Shown: positions 1 to 10,365, counted from the stretch's first letter. The stretch is 64,000 nt of DNA from Candidatus Latescibacterota bacterium (GCA_963662665.2 CAXXJS010000025.1:64001-128000); one strand, 5' to 3'. Notes: a model not told the origin generated them from the sequence alone. Translations and numbers: made by a program.

Positions 1-33
1 CACAACCCCCGGCGCACGGCGGCGGCGGCCCGG

Positions 34-891
34 CTATTGATGTACGTCGCGCACACAGCGAAACCCGATGAAATTGCCCTTCTGGACGGGATAAAATCGG
101 AACCGGGCAGACGTTTTAAGGTAATGTGGCAGGTGGTGCCAGGAACTGCCTCTGACCACTCGGAAGGTTCCGGTCTCCGGTCCGGATGGATTTTCTTTTG
201 GACTTCGACTGTAGTAGGTGTCATCGTACCAGTCATTGCACCATTCCCACGCGTTGCCCGCCATGTCAAGCAAACCGTACGGGCTCGCACCCCTGGGCCT
301 GGACCCCACCGGCATGGTATGACAGAACTCCCCGGGCACCGGACCGGCGGAAGAATTGGCCCAGTTGGTGCGCCCGCACCTGCCGCCCAGATCCATAATC
401 GCATGGTCCCCTCCCGGCGCCGCTTCACCCCACGGGTATGTCCGTCCGTCCGTGCCCCGTGCCGCCTTTTCCCACTGTGCCTCCGATGGCAGGCGACCGC
501 CGCGCCACCTGCAGTAGGCATCCGCTTCCGTCCACGTAACGCCCACTACCGGCTGGCGGTCATTGGAAAACAACGGATTTACGGTTTCCGGCGGCAATGA
601 AGCCCCCGTCGCGCGCGCATACGCACGGAACTGAGCGTTGGGCACCTCGTACTTGTCAATATAAAACGCACTGAGATACACGACGTGCGCAGGGCTTTCG
701 GGGTCGAATCCCTGATTCGTGCCCATCAGGAAATCGCCTGCGTTTACGACCAGCATCGTGTCCACGGTACCCGCGGGCGTGTGGTCCAGGAAGACCCCCT
801 CGGGCAGTTCTTCCAGGGGGGACTCTCCGCTGCACCCGGCGCACACCAGGAGACCATACCAGGCGACCAGCCACCGCTTGCAATGGCGCAT
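34..891 (-). CDS. FGE-sulfatase (SUMF1/EgtB/PvdO-like) domain lipoprotein
   Basis: Motifs FLMG, FYIDKYEV, PVVGVTW, RLPSEAQWEKAARG, DMAGNAWEWC, RGSSW and GFRC. Start moved to ATG 891 (MRHCKRWLVAWYGLLVCAGC, lipobox-like), 2 nt after the upstream stop. Confidence 0.88.
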   Translation of the reverse strand: MRHCKRWLVAWYGLLVCAGCSGESPLEELPEGVFLDHTPAGTVDTMLVVNAGDFLMGTNQGFDPESPAHVVYLSAFYIDKYEVPNAQFRAYARATGASLPPETVNPLFSNDRQPVVGVTWTEADAYCRWRGGRLPSEAQWEKAARGTDGRTYPWGEAAPGGDHAIMDLGGRCGRTNWANSSAGPVPGEFCHTMPVGSRPRGASPYGLLDMAGNAWEWCNDWYDDTYYSRSPKENPSGPETGTFRVVRGSSWHHLPHYLKTSARFRFYPVQKGNFIGFRCVRDVHQ

Positions 892-893
892 GC

Positions 894-1781
894 TCAGTCT
901 ATATCCCTCGCGCACCGGACGCCCCATCCGTCCGTAGCTCCCGTGGGATCCGACCAGCTCCGGTAGGTGATGCTGAGTCTGTTCGGATCCTGTCCCGCGC
1001 CGGTCCGCCACGACCCGCCACGAAGCACCCGGAACTCGCCCTGCTTCGGTCCCGTGGGCCCGACGGTGGCGCTCACTTTGTAGTATTCGGCATCGTAGTA
1101 GTCCGCGCACCACTCCCAAACGTTCCCCACCAGGTCCATCGCCCCGTAAAAGCTGACACCCTCCGGGTAATTTCCCACCGGCGCCAGAGTATTGTCGTAC
1201 CCGTCGCCGCCGTCCCTGTAATTCGCCCTGGACCCGTTCAGTCCCTTATTCCAGGGGTAGGGCTCTCTCGCCTCGTCGCCGCGAGCGGTCTTCTCCCATT
1301 CCGCCTCGGTCGGCAACCTGGCCCCGCGCCAGACGCAGTAGGCGGCCGCGTCGAACCAGCTGATCCCCACAACCGGAAAGTTCGGCCGGGTTTCCGCCCG
1401 CTCGGGCCAGTCACCGATGCCGTTCGTGGACCCATGGCTGGCCGGCGTATGCCGCTGCCGGTTGCCGCCGTCTTGCGCCGCCCAGAACCTGAAATACTGG
1501 GCATTGGTCGCTTCATACCGGTCTATATAGAATGCGCTGAGGTACACCTGCCGTGCGGGCTGCTGATCCGCCGGCCCGCGTTCCATGCCCATGGTGAAGT
1601 GACCCGCCGGGACCCGAATCATTTCCACGCCCGCGAAAAGACGTACCAGACCCACCGGAAGGGGTCGATCCTGGTTCGGGTCGACTTCCTCCACGGCGCT
1701 GGTTAGTGGCTCATCCGCGCCGCCGCAACCCGTAACGCCCCACGCAATCAGGCAAATACAGAAAAGTCCGATGGCACGCAT
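894..1781 (-). CDS. FGE-sulfatase domain lipoprotein
   Basis: Motifs FTMG, FYIDRYE, RLPTEAEWEK, GNVWEWC, RGGSW and GVRC. Signal/lipobox MRAIGLFCICLIAWGVTGC. Confidence 0.88.
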   Translation of the reverse strand: MRAIGLFCICLIAWGVTGCGGADEPLTSAVEEVDPNQDRPLPVGLVRLFAGVEMIRVPAGHFTMGMERGPADQQPARQVYLSAFYIDRYEATNAQYFRFWAAQDGGNRQRHTPASHGSTNGIGDWPERAETRPNFPVVGISWFDAAAYCVWRGARLPTEAEWEKTARGDEAREPYPWNKGLNGSRANYRDGGDGYDNTLAPVGNYPEGVSFYGAMDLVGNVWEWCADYYDAEYYKVSATVGPTGPKQGEFRVLRGGSWRTGAGQDPNRLSITYRSWSDPTGATDGWGVRCARDID

Positions 1782-1988
1782 GACCACCTCGCGCGCCGTG
1801 TATCCCGATACGACCGTCCGGTCCCCCACGTTACAAACTCGTTCTTGTCCCTTACCGAATCGTTATTCGATAACAAAACGGCGGCCAATGCCCCTTCCCG
1901 CCGACCCGGCCGGAGACACATTGCGCCGCCGTTAGCGCTGTTTACGGAAAGCGGCCCGAATCAGGGTCGCCACTGCATCTGTTACAAA

Positions 1989-2969
1989 CTAAAATGCGCC
2001 GCCGATACTGAACCGAATGGGTGCGTCCAGCAACTCGCCGACGTCGGTATAGGCGACGTCAACCAGAACGGTACGGCCACTCCAGTTGCCCTTGAAACCC
2101 GCGCCAACGCTGTATGTTTCCAGGTCGTGATTGAACTTGTACCCGGTCCGAAGGGCCACGGCACCTGACAGCCAGAACTCCGCGCCGACCTGCCATCGCT
2201 GTTCGTAGTCGACTTGATAGGAACTGCCGAACGCGACGGTCAGGTAATTCGGTTCGTCCATCTGGCCGTATAACTCCATCGCCACACCGATATCGAAATT
2301 CATCGGCATCAGGAATTTCTGGTCTTCCGCCAGCACCTTGGTATCAGGCCCGAAATTACGCATGGCCAGGGCAATACGTGAACTGCGAAAACCGGTATAA
2401 AAGTGGGTCCCGGCGTCGAGAACGACGGAGGTCATATTGTCGACGTGCAGTGTCTCCGAAATATACACCACCCGGATGCCCAGGCCCAACTTGTCGGTCG
2501 CTTGAAACGCATAGGCAAGGCCGACAGACGTTCCGCCGCCCTTGACCATTTCCCCAGTGCCCTCGGGGTTGAAAATTGTCCGCACGGGCATGTCGCCAAT
2601 GTCGTAATTCACAACGCTCACGCCCAGCACGCCCCAGCCCGTCCTGTAGGCAAACGCTCCGCTGTAAAATCCGGTGTCGACCAGCCACCTGGTGTGGGAA
2701 AGCTGGTACCCGAACCGCTTCAGATGGACCAGCCCGGCCGGGTTGGCAAAAATCGCGTTGATGTCGTTCGACACGGCCGTGAACGCATCTCCCATACCGG
2801 CCGCACGTGAGGACTGGGTCACTTTCATCCACGGAAACGACGCAAGTCCCAGTTTTCGGAAATCCTCGGACTTGAGGATTTCCGGAACGTCCCGCGCTTC
2901 TGTGGACGAATTCCCGAATACACCGGCCACGAGAACGGTCATCAGTGTGATGCACAGTATCCGCTTCAT
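1989..2969 (-). CDS. PorV/PorQ-family outer-membrane beta-barrel protein
   Basis: Signal peptide, SRAAGMGDAFTAV..D..AIFANPAGL motif, alternating beta strands, terminal Phe. Confidence 0.8.
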   Translation of the reverse strand: MKRILCITLMTVLVAGVFGNSSTEARDVPEILKSEDFRKLGLASFPWMKVTQSSRAAGMGDAFTAVSNDINAIFANPAGLVHLKRFGYQLSHTRWLVDTGFYSGAFAYRTGWGVLGVSVVNYDIGDMPVRTIFNPEGTGEMVKGGGTSVGLAYAFQATDKLGLGIRVVYISETLHVDNMTSVVLDAGTHFYTGFRSSRIALAMRNFGPDTKVLAEDQKFLMPMNFDIGVAMELYGQMDEPNYLTVAFGSSYQVDYEQRWQVGAEFWLSGAVALRTGYKFNHDLETYSVGAGFKGNWSGRTVLVDVAYTDVGELLDAPIRFSIGGAF

Positions 2970-3005
2970 AAACTTATGCTCCTTCCCGGAATTGCCGCTC
3001 GCCGG

Positions 3006-5441
3006 CTATCGGATGACCATGAATTTTCCTATTCGCTTTTTCCCCATACTTTCGGAAACGAGAGATTCCACCACGAAGAAGTAGACGCCCGCGGAGATCG
3101 ACCCCGTGCCAAGCGACATTGCCAACTGGTCCCACTGCGCTTCTCCCAGCCAGACGTTCGGATCGTTTGGCGCATCCGTGCGGTCGTCGTGCAGGATCTT
3201 TCCGACCATGTCGCCGGCGCTGTTGAACACGTGGATCAAGCACTTGCTCGGCACGTTCACGAACCGGATCTCCGGTTTGCCCGGGTATTGCAGGTTGGCG
3301 TCGCCGACCCGGAACGGATTGGGCACTACGAAGACCTCTCTGCCCAGCGCCTCGGTCTCGCCAACCGCGGGCTGCTTCGGGCTGAAAAACGGTGGCTTGC
3401 GCTGGGACCTGGCCCACTGACCGCCTTCCAGACCGGCCTTCACCTGTGCCTGAACCAGTTCCGGCAAGGTGGCCATGGTACCCACGCGTCCCATCCAGTC
3501 TTCGTGGCCGTTTGCGAACGGCCGGACCGAATACCAGTAGTTGAAGCCGGCAACCGACTCTGCGTCCGTAAACGTATGGGTCCCTGTCGGGACCTCACCG
3601 ATTCTTGTCCATGGCCCGTCCGGGTTCCATTCGGACCGGTAGACGCGGTAGCCCGCCACGTCCTGCGCCTCCGAGCCCATATAGTCCGGGTTCAACGCGC
3701 CGTCGGCCGAGTTCCAGGTGAGCAGGTTCTGCGCCTCCGGGCTGTTCGTCACCGCCACGTACACGTCCGGCGGTGGGTCCGGCACGTCGTATTCGTTATC
3801 GTAAGCCCATTTGGCGCGTTTGAAGAACTCCACCATCCATTCCTCGCCCTTCTTCAGGCCTTCGAAGTCGTACAGATGCGAACGGGTCCAGCTGTACAGG
3901 TCGCCCTCTCCGGCGCCCGATCCCCCCACCCAAGCCACCACCAGCTTGGCCTTATCGCCAGGGCCAAGCGAATACGGGCCGAACGTCTGGGCGCTGTAGT
4001 AAACGCCGATCTCTCCCGGATTGGGTTGTATCCCCTGCTCCGCGATCATATTGTACATCGTCTGCCGGTCGTGCGCGCCCGGCCGGGGGTCGGCGGACAC
4101 CGTGGTGCTTTCGATCCGCCAGAAGCGCACGGCGTGAGGCTGTTCGCCCTGGGGATGCACGTACTTGCCGGCGTCCCGGGTATTGAATCCCCAGTCCCCG
4201 CCGTCCTCGTACGCCAGCGGCCCGAAGCCCATATACTGATAGGAGGTGAATTCGCCGTCTTTCCGGCCCGTATCGCACGACGGCGAAATTATCAGCCGGT
4301 TCACGGGATCGCCGGTATCGTCCCAGGGGAACTCGGGACTGTCACCGTCCCAGTCTACGATCATCTTCAGCCCCTTGGCCGGGCCAGAGTAGCCGGTGTT
4401 CTCCGTATAGACGATCCGGTCGTCGAGACCTCCCACGTTGTACCAATGCCAGCTGTCCGACCGGTTGTAGTGGGACAGCCCCGCGTCCGTGAGCATCCAG
4501 GCGCCGATGATGGGAACGAAGACGTCATTGAGCCTTTCCACGGGCAGGTCCCTCTCACCGTCTCCATCGCTGTCGCCTGTGTTTTCGAACTCGATCTCCG
4601 TAATGATGAAGTCGTCCCAGGCCGGGTAGCTCCAGGCCATTGTTCTGCGCGTAAACGTAACCCCCGCCGCCGTTGTCCATTTGGTCACAATGATCTCTTC
4701 GGGCCATTCGTCGGAGCGGGAAGACGGCGCGGCCGGGGGCCCAGGCGTCGCGTATTCTCCCCACGACCAGTTGCTGATCCTCACGGGGTCCCTGTTCAGC
4801 GGCGCTTCCTCCAAGATCTGCGCCAGGTTCTCGCTCCAGGTGGGCGCGTAGTACCACGGCGCGCCTTTACGCCAGTCCATACCCGGATTCTCGCCGGTGG
4901 AGGGCTGCACCCTGATTTCACCGCCCAGGTAATGCAGTTCCTCGTCCATGGACGGGTCTGCAACCATGGGCACGATCTCGTCCAGCATATCCGAACGTGG
5001 TCCGGTCAATACCACGTAAAACTCTTTCTTGTCGGCAAATTTGTCGTAGACTCTCGTTCCCGCGAAGCTGGGCGGGAGCCGCAGTGCAAGACCGATGCCC
5101 TCCCCGTGCGACGTGCTCTCGATTCGCCCCTCGCTGTTGCAGTCTATATTGAAAAAGGGCAACTGGCCTGACCAGCCCTGGCCGGTAATGATATCGCCGC
5201 CAACCGTGGAGGGATAGACCATGCTGGAAGCCCGCGAGAGCGCCGCGCCGATGGAGCCGCCCTGGGTGCCCAGATTTGTCACCGAAGTGTAGAGCATTCC
5301 ACGCTCCAGGGCGGCCCTGCCCGCGGACCCCGGGTGGTTCGCCTGGCCCCAGACCTGTCCGGACCAGCATACGGCCAAGACTCCTGCGAACGCCCATCCG
5401 CCAACACCTTTCAGCATGGCGTTCAAACGGTTCGAACGCAT
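3006..5441 (-). CDS. Large secreted protein with FN3-like domain and T9SS type A-like CTD
   Basis: Signal peptide. PDPPP..LTW..GYRVYRS..YWYSV (FN3-like). C-terminal VFVVPNPF..IRF..IHVFN..G..W..GVYFFVV..GKFMVIR. Confidence 0.72.
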   Translation of the reverse strand: MRSNRLNAMLKGVGGWAFAGVLAVCWSGQVWGQANHPGSAGRAALERGMLYTSVTNLGTQGGSIGAALSRASSMVYPSTVGGDIITGQGWSGQLPFFNIDCNSEGRIESTSHGEGIGLALRLPPSFAGTRVYDKFADKKEFYVVLTGPRSDMLDEIVPMVADPSMDEELHYLGGEIRVQPSTGENPGMDWRKGAPWYYAPTWSENLAQILEEAPLNRDPVRISNWSWGEYATPGPPAAPSSRSDEWPEEIIVTKWTTAAGVTFTRRTMAWSYPAWDDFIITEIEFENTGDSDGDGERDLPVERLNDVFVPIIGAWMLTDAGLSHYNRSDSWHWYNVGGLDDRIVYTENTGYSGPAKGLKMIVDWDGDSPEFPWDDTGDPVNRLIISPSCDTGRKDGEFTSYQYMGFGPLAYEDGGDWGFNTRDAGKYVHPQGEQPHAVRFWRIESTTVSADPRPGAHDRQTMYNMIAEQGIQPNPGEIGVYYSAQTFGPYSLGPGDKAKLVVAWVGGSGAGEGDLYSWTRSHLYDFEGLKKGEEWMVEFFKRAKWAYDNEYDVPDPPPDVYVAVTNSPEAQNLLTWNSADGALNPDYMGSEAQDVAGYRVYRSEWNPDGPWTRIGEVPTGTHTFTDAESVAGFNYWYSVRPFANGHEDWMGRVGTMATLPELVQAQVKAGLEGGQWARSQRKPPFFSPKQPAVGETEALGREVFVVPNPFRVGDANLQYPGKPEIRFVNVPSKCLIHVFNSAGDMVGKILHDDRTDAPNDPNVWLGEAQWDQLAMSLGTGSISAGVYFFVVESLVSESMGKKRIGKFMVIR

Positions 5442-5493
5442 CGTATCCTCCTTAGCGTTTATCGGCCCTCAATGAAATGAAGAATCGCATGGT

Positions 5494-5527
5494 GGCGGGT
5501 GCCCGGACGACCCTCCGGGCACCCGCC
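5494..5527. other. Strong intergenic hairpin (possible mRNA stabiliser or processing site)
   Basis: Perfect 14-bp inverted repeat GGCGGGTGCCCGGA/TCCGGGCACCCGCC between the TonB receptor and the CTD-protein gene; no U-tract. Confidence 0.55.
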
Positions 5528-5554
5528 CGTTCCTGTAGTGGATACCAGAACGGA

Positions 5555-8500
5555 TCAGAACTGCATTCTCAGACCCATTTCCGTGCGCCGGGGATGGCTG
5601 TAGAAGCTCCGGTCGGCCGTATCCCCGTACAAGAGGAAGTGAGAGTTGTCCGGGCGGGCCGTAAGCAACCCCCAGTTGGTCCAGTCGGTGGTATTGTACG
5701 AACTGTCGTCCTTCTGGTTGAACAGGTTCCGCACCTCCAGGAATAGGCTGACGTCGCCGCGCCCCTGACCGAACGGAAAGCGCTTCTCAATTGCGAAGTC
5801 GGTCCAGGTGCGAATGGGACGCAGACGTCGCTCGCGGCCCGAATTCGGCGGCGTGTACCAGAACGATCCGTTATTTTGCATTCGCCAGAGCAGGTTCACC
5901 CGCCAATTGGCAAGGAACTTGCTCCCGAACACCTTGAAATTGGGCCCATAGTCTCCTGGCGTGAGGAAGAGGAACTGCACGCTGCCCTGGTTGCGGATGT
6001 CGCCGCCGTCGGCGTTCAGGCCCGTCTGATAACCCCTGGCATAGATGTGGGTGTGGTCCAGTTCGAAGTCGTCCAGACCGATGAGCCCATACTCCCGGGC
6101 GGTCATCCGGGTCTGGTTGTAACCCCGGCCGCCGCGAGTACCGTCGATCCGTGCGAGGTTTCGGATAACTCTGTTCGCGGTGGCGCCGATCGTCCTGATC
6201 TGTTCCTGCGTGAGGGGCACCGGCACCTCCACGCCGTTCTCGACTCTGTATTCGTACCAGTATCGCCCGCTGGCGATGTACATGGAGTCGGGATACAGGA
6301 AGTTGAACCAGGCGTCGAAGTTGCCCCATCCGGCCTGCGCCCAGGTCATGTTGTACGCTACGTTGATGGCGAAGTTGTGGCTGAGCGGCTTCCGCACGGA
6401 GAGCTCCAGACCCCGCTGCTCTTCGAACCCGTTATTGTGCAGGATCCGGGCGTAGGGATGCACCCAGCCCGGTCTGTGGGGCGCGTAGAAGCGGACGTCG
6501 GAATGGTAGTGGTACTGGTCCTTCGCGCTCTTGTAATACAGCGCGATCGCGCCGGTGTAGTCCTGCACGAAGTTCCAGTCGGCGCCCACCTCCATCGACA
6601 CGGTCTTTTCAGGACGGATTTCGGTGGTGCCCTGTCCGCTGCGAATGGGATAAGATGGGCGCATAGCGTTGTAGCGCTCACCCGGGTCGATCGCGCCGTT
6701 CCCGTTCCAGTCCTGGTCAGGACCCGAAGTCCGCCAGTCCCCGTTGAAGTAATAATAGATATCCGGATACGCCAGGAACAGCCCGGCGAAATAGTGCATG
6801 GATGACCGCGCCGTTATGGGATGCGACACCCCCACCCGGGGGCTCAGGTTCTTGAATACGACCGGTTCCCGGTGGGGCGCATTCTGGAATCGCAGCGGCG
6901 AGTTGTACATGGGCGAGAACGCGTAAGCGCCCGAAGCCGGAAACTTGGATACCGGATCGAACAGATCCAGACGCAGGCCGGCATTGATGACCATGCCTTC
7001 GAATTCCATCTTGTCCTGCGCATATATCGCCAGGTGCTGGGGCTTGACAGGTTCTCCGATCACGCCCTGCGCCCCCGCGAACTCCAGCCGCCTGGCCTGC
7101 GCGCTCTCTCCGGTGTAGCGGGTAAGAAACATGCTGTACTTGATGAACTCGAAACCTGCCTTCACAAAATGCCCCTTCGTGATCTGGCTGGCCAGATCCA
7201 GCTTGACCTGATACCGCTTCCGGTCCGCAACCTGGTAATGCCGGACCTCCCGGTCCACGGCGAACCAACCGTCGGCATCTTTTCGTACGTCCGACGTTCT
7301 CTCCGCGATGTCGCTGGTGTCGTCGACGGTTGAATAGCGCGATATCCGGAGATCGTAGAACGTCCTGGGCGAGAGAGAATGGGTGATGGCCAGGTATTGC
7401 ATATTGTGGTTCGTGCTCATCTTGCCCGCCGCGCTCCAGTCCTCCTGCAGGAAGATGTTCCTCCCTCCGTCGAGCAGGCCGCGGATGACTCCCGCTGAGG
7501 TGCCCGCGGAACGTTCGTTCCGGTAGGCGTCCCGGTCGGTTCCGATAAACTTCCTGTTGCGCTCGAACAGGCCGCCGATTTTCATTTTTACGTTTTCGGA
7601 CGCGCGGACGGTGACGCTGTATGATCCCTGGTAGTTATTCAACGTAGGGACAAACCTCCCTATGTCGTCATAGTAGCCCCTCTCCGTCCCCGAAGGAAAG
7701 ATGGGCGCCAGACGTGCCGTCTTGCCCGAAACGATGAACGATGCGCTCTTCGAAAGCGGCCCCGAGATATTTCCCTCCACCTCGTGACCGGTGATTTCAT
7801 CGTAGTCCGCGCGCTGGTGGACGAGTCGGCCCGTGTCAGGGTCCCGCTCGTTCTGCCACTCGCCCTCGCCCCATTTCATTTTGTCGAGGTGCGACGGGCT
7901 CTCGTAGACGTTTGCGCCCCAGTGCTTCTGCCCCGGCGGCGTCCGCCGGTACTCTCCCCATCCGTGGAAGTTCTGGCTGCCGTCTTTCGTAATAATGCTG
8001 ACGACGCCTGCCTGAGCGTTGCCGTACTCGGCGTTCATTCCGCCCGTAACCACGGAAATCTCCTGGACGGTCGACCGGTTGATGCTCTTCCAGTTGTGTG
8101 ATCCGGCGCCGTCACTGTTCACGATTTTCACGCCGTCCACGTAGTAGGCCACGTCTCCGCCCGTGCGGCTTCGCCATTCTCCCGGCCGGTTGCTTCCCCG
8201 CATGCGGTCGGAACCATCGAGGTGAACACCCGGCTGCAGGGTGATCATTTCGCTGGTCGTGCGCACGATTGGGAGCTGCTCGATCTCATCGGCGCCGACG
8301 ATGTATTTGCTGAAGGTCTTGTCGACCTCGACGGGTGGACGTTCCGCCTTCACGACCATCTCCCCGAGTTCAAGCGTCGCTTCTTCGAGCCTGAAATCGA
8401 CCTCGGCGGTCACGTCGGCCTGCACCCGCACGTCTGTCATTGACTCGGTCTGGTATCCGATCAGAGACGCCTTCAGGGTGTAAATTCCGGGATCGGCGCG

Positions 8501-8704
8501 CAGGATCACGTAGAACCCTTCCGCGTCGGCGGTGGACCCGAGATTCTGTCCCTCGATGACCACGTTGGCGCCGGGCAGCGCTTCTCCCTGTCGATCCAGG
8601 ACCTTCCCTACGATCTTTCCGGTCGTACCGGCCCAAGCGCTCCCGCTCAGCGCAAGTGCCGTGCAGAGGGAAAGAAATCCGAAAAACAAAATGCACTTCT
8701 TCAT
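5555..8704 (-). CDS. TonB-dependent receptor with N-terminal carboxypeptidase-regulatory-like domain
   Basis: Start ATG 8704 after GGAGG. GKIVGKV..LPGANV..G.Y.I domain, plug motif YYVDG..VVTGGMNAEYGNAQAGVV, C-terminal NLFN and GLRMQF. Confidence 0.92.
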   Translation of the reverse strand: MKKCILFFGFLSLCTALALSGSAWAGTTGKIVGKVLDRQGEALPGANVVIEGQNLGSTADAEGFYVILRADPGIYTLKASLIGYQTESMTDVRVQADVTAEVDFRLEEATLELGEMVVKAERPPVEVDKTFSKYIVGADEIEQLPIVRTTSEMITLQPGVHLDGSDRMRGSNRPGEWRSRTGGDVAYYVDGVKIVNSDGAGSHNWKSINRSTVQEISVVTGGMNAEYGNAQAGVVSIITKDGSQNFHGWGEYRRTPPGQKHWGANVYESPSHLDKMKWGEGEWQNERDPDTGRLVHQRADYDEITGHEVEGNISGPLSKSASFIVSGKTARLAPIFPSGTERGYYDDIGRFVPTLNNYQGSYSVTVRASENVKMKIGGLFERNRKFIGTDRDAYRNERSAGTSAGVIRGLLDGGRNIFLQEDWSAAGKMSTNHNMQYLAITHSLSPRTFYDLRISRYSTVDDTSDIAERTSDVRKDADGWFAVDREVRHYQVADRKRYQVKLDLASQITKGHFVKAGFEFIKYSMFLTRYTGESAQARRLEFAGAQGVIGEPVKPQHLAIYAQDKMEFEGMVINAGLRLDLFDPVSKFPASGAYAFSPMYNSPLRFQNAPHREPVVFKNLSPRVGVSHPITARSSMHYFAGLFLAYPDIYYYFNGDWRTSGPDQDWNGNGAIDPGERYNAMRPSYPIRSGQGTTEIRPEKTVSMEVGADWNFVQDYTGAIALYYKSAKDQYHYHSDVRFYAPHRPGWVHPYARILHNNGFEEQRGLELSVRKPLSHNFAINVAYNMTWAQAGWGNFDAWFNFLYPDSMYIASGRYWYEYRVENGVEVPVPLTQEQIRTIGATANRVIRNLARIDGTRGGRGYNQTRMTAREYGLIGLDDFELDHTHIYARGYQTGLNADGGDIRNQGSVQFLFLTPGDYGPNFKVFGSKFLANWRVNLLWRMQNNGSFWYTPPNSGRERRLRPIRTWTDFAIEKRFPFGQGRGDVSLFLEVRNLFNQKDDSSYNTTDWTNWGLLTARPDNSHFLLYGDTADRSFYSHPRRTEMGLRMQF

Positions 8705-8805
8705 TGCAAAACCTCCGTTTAGTTGGTCTTCCTGCCTGACTTCGGCCCTGCCTGCCCGATCGGATTGTCCTTCCTCCTTTCCTTCACCCGGGCACGCGAG
8801 ACGCG

Positions 8806-9552
8806 CTACTTTCTTCCTGTTTCGTAGAATTTGACGGCAACCTCCAGATCCAGCATCTGCAGCAGCGGCATAACGCCCTTGATGCCCCATGCCTCACGCG
8901 GCCCGAGCGTTCCGACCAGGAAATTGTGCTGCGCCCGGAAATCCAGTGAAAAGTTGCTCGACATGAACCGCTCAACGCCGAACCCGATATGGCCCCCGAG
9001 CGCCCACCGGCTTTCAACAACGGGCTCCAGAACGAGGCTAGGGTCCAGCGCGTTCATTTCGGAGCCCTCGACGGCGATGCCCTTCTGACCGGGATAAATC
9101 AGGCCGCTCACGCGGTTGCTGTAACTGTGAAACCCACCACCGGCGACGACGTACGGGGACGTCATCTGCTGCGAGAAAAGGCGTGATTTGTCACCGAGCC
9201 GGAAAATCACGTTGCACAGCACACTATTGATCCGCATGCTGGCATCGGAGTCCGGGCTTGCGTAGTCCTGCGAGTCTTCGTTCCAGGTGAACGTCTGACT
9301 TTCGATCTTGCCGTCGTTGTACTCCAGCCGGTGATATTCGAACTCCAGAGCGGTGTTGACGTCACGGTTGTAAACCACGCTGCCGCCCCACCGTACAGCC
9401 TGGCTGTACCAGTTGGCCCGCAGCCCCATTACGGGCAGGTTGTAGCCCAACAGCATCCGCCCGCCGATCCGGTCATACTCACGCGCGCCGGAATCCGGTG
9501 CAAGAAGCAACACAAGAAGCCCGACAACAGCGGTACATCTCCATGTGCCCAT
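8806..9552 (-). CDS. Outer-membrane beta-barrel domain protein
   Basis: Signal peptide; amphipathic strands (PYVVAGGG, GHIGFGVE, LEVAVKFY); RBS AAGGAGG. Confidence 0.65.
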   Translation of the reverse strand: MGTWRCTAVVGLLVLLLAPDSGAREYDRIGGRMLLGYNLPVMGLRANWYSQAVRWGGSVVYNRDVNTALEFEYHRLEYNDGKIESQTFTWNEDSQDYASPDSDASMRINSVLCNVIFRLGDKSRLFSQQMTSPYVVAGGGFHSYSNRVSGLIYPGQKGIAVEGSEMNALDPSLVLEPVVESRWALGGHIGFGVERFMSSNFSLDFRAQHNFLVGTLGPREAWGIKGVMPLLQMLDLEVAVKFYETGRK

Positions 9553-9731
9553 AGACTGCCCTCCTTATGATGGATTGGGTCGTGCGGGCGCCACCGACAA
9601 TTCCCGCGGGACAAGGGTCATTTATTGCGGGTACGGCAAGACGGCGCCCCTCCCACAGAGGAAGCCCTCGCGATGCCGTTTCGATACCCGCCAATGAGGC
9701 GGATATGCACAAAATGCAGGTTATGTAAGGA

Positions 9732-9761
9732 ATGATAACACCCTTTAGTAGATTTTGTCAA
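9732..9761 (-). promoter_or_regulatory. Sigma70-type promoter of the TonB/PorV operon
   Basis: Minus-strand TTGACA-18 nt-TATCAT with an extended -10 TGn. Confidence 0.7.
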
Positions 9762-10075
9762 GGAAAAAACGGGGTGTTTCTTTAGAATTCGGCATGCCGG
9801 GGGGCCCCACGGGCGCGGCGGTGTCGTGCACACCCTCTGCCAGAGGAAAATCTGATGGATGTATCGCTGAGGAGGGCGCTCCGATACCTTACAGGTCAGG
9901 CCTAGTGTGGCGTCGCCAAGCTGAGCCGTGACCAAGCTGTATGGTTCTACAATGCACGGCCGAAACATACGGGAAATGAGTCGGTGACACGCGCGTGTGC
10001 GACGCTATGCCGAATAGGCCGGCATCCGTTAGCGCGGCAGACAGAGCGAATTCGCAGACATTGTCAGACCATGCG

Positions 10076-10105
10076 AAAAACCCCACCGGTCCGGGGCGGG
10101 GTTTT
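10076..10105 (-). terminator. Probable intrinsic terminator
   Basis: AAAACCCC...GGGGTTTT stem with a T-run, downstream of the cohesin gene. Confidence 0.5.
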
Positions 10106-10365
10106 ACGCTGTTCTCAATCACAGGTCTATATTCTATCGCTTATCTGCTAATCTTTCACCGCTTTTGGGCAGGTTCGCCTTCATCCCATTTGATATGTCC
10201 AACCTGCCTCTTGCCGGTGCCGGTTCGTCCAAGCGGACTCGCAAATCAACGAAAACCTCACCTCTGAGGCGATGTTCCAAGACGTCTGTGGATCGCCAGG
10301 ACGCGTGCCGAGAGCAGGAGCAGACGTTCCGGCGCACCTGTCAGATGGTGATGCCCGCTGCACGC

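Noticed and set aside
34-1781. Diversity-generating retroelement targeting the FGE-fold genes
   Set aside because: No reverse transcriptase and no template/variable repeat pair differing at adenines in this window.
2976-5171. 731-aa plus-strand ORF and other long antisense ORFs (23099-24646, 29553-31244, 50882-52237)
   Set aside because: They lie opposite well-supported genes, carry no motifs, and are expected in high-GC DNA.
8704-8890. Extended N-termini given by the ORF track (TonB receptor, PepF, heparinase-like, SixA, FGE)
   Set aside because: Most overlap upstream genes; downstream starts fit the RBS, signal peptide or domain boundary better.
9553-10365. Cobalamin or other riboswitch upstream of the TonB operon
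   Set aside because: No recognisable B12-box, TPP or SAM consensus; only a promoter and a terminator-like hairpin are supported.
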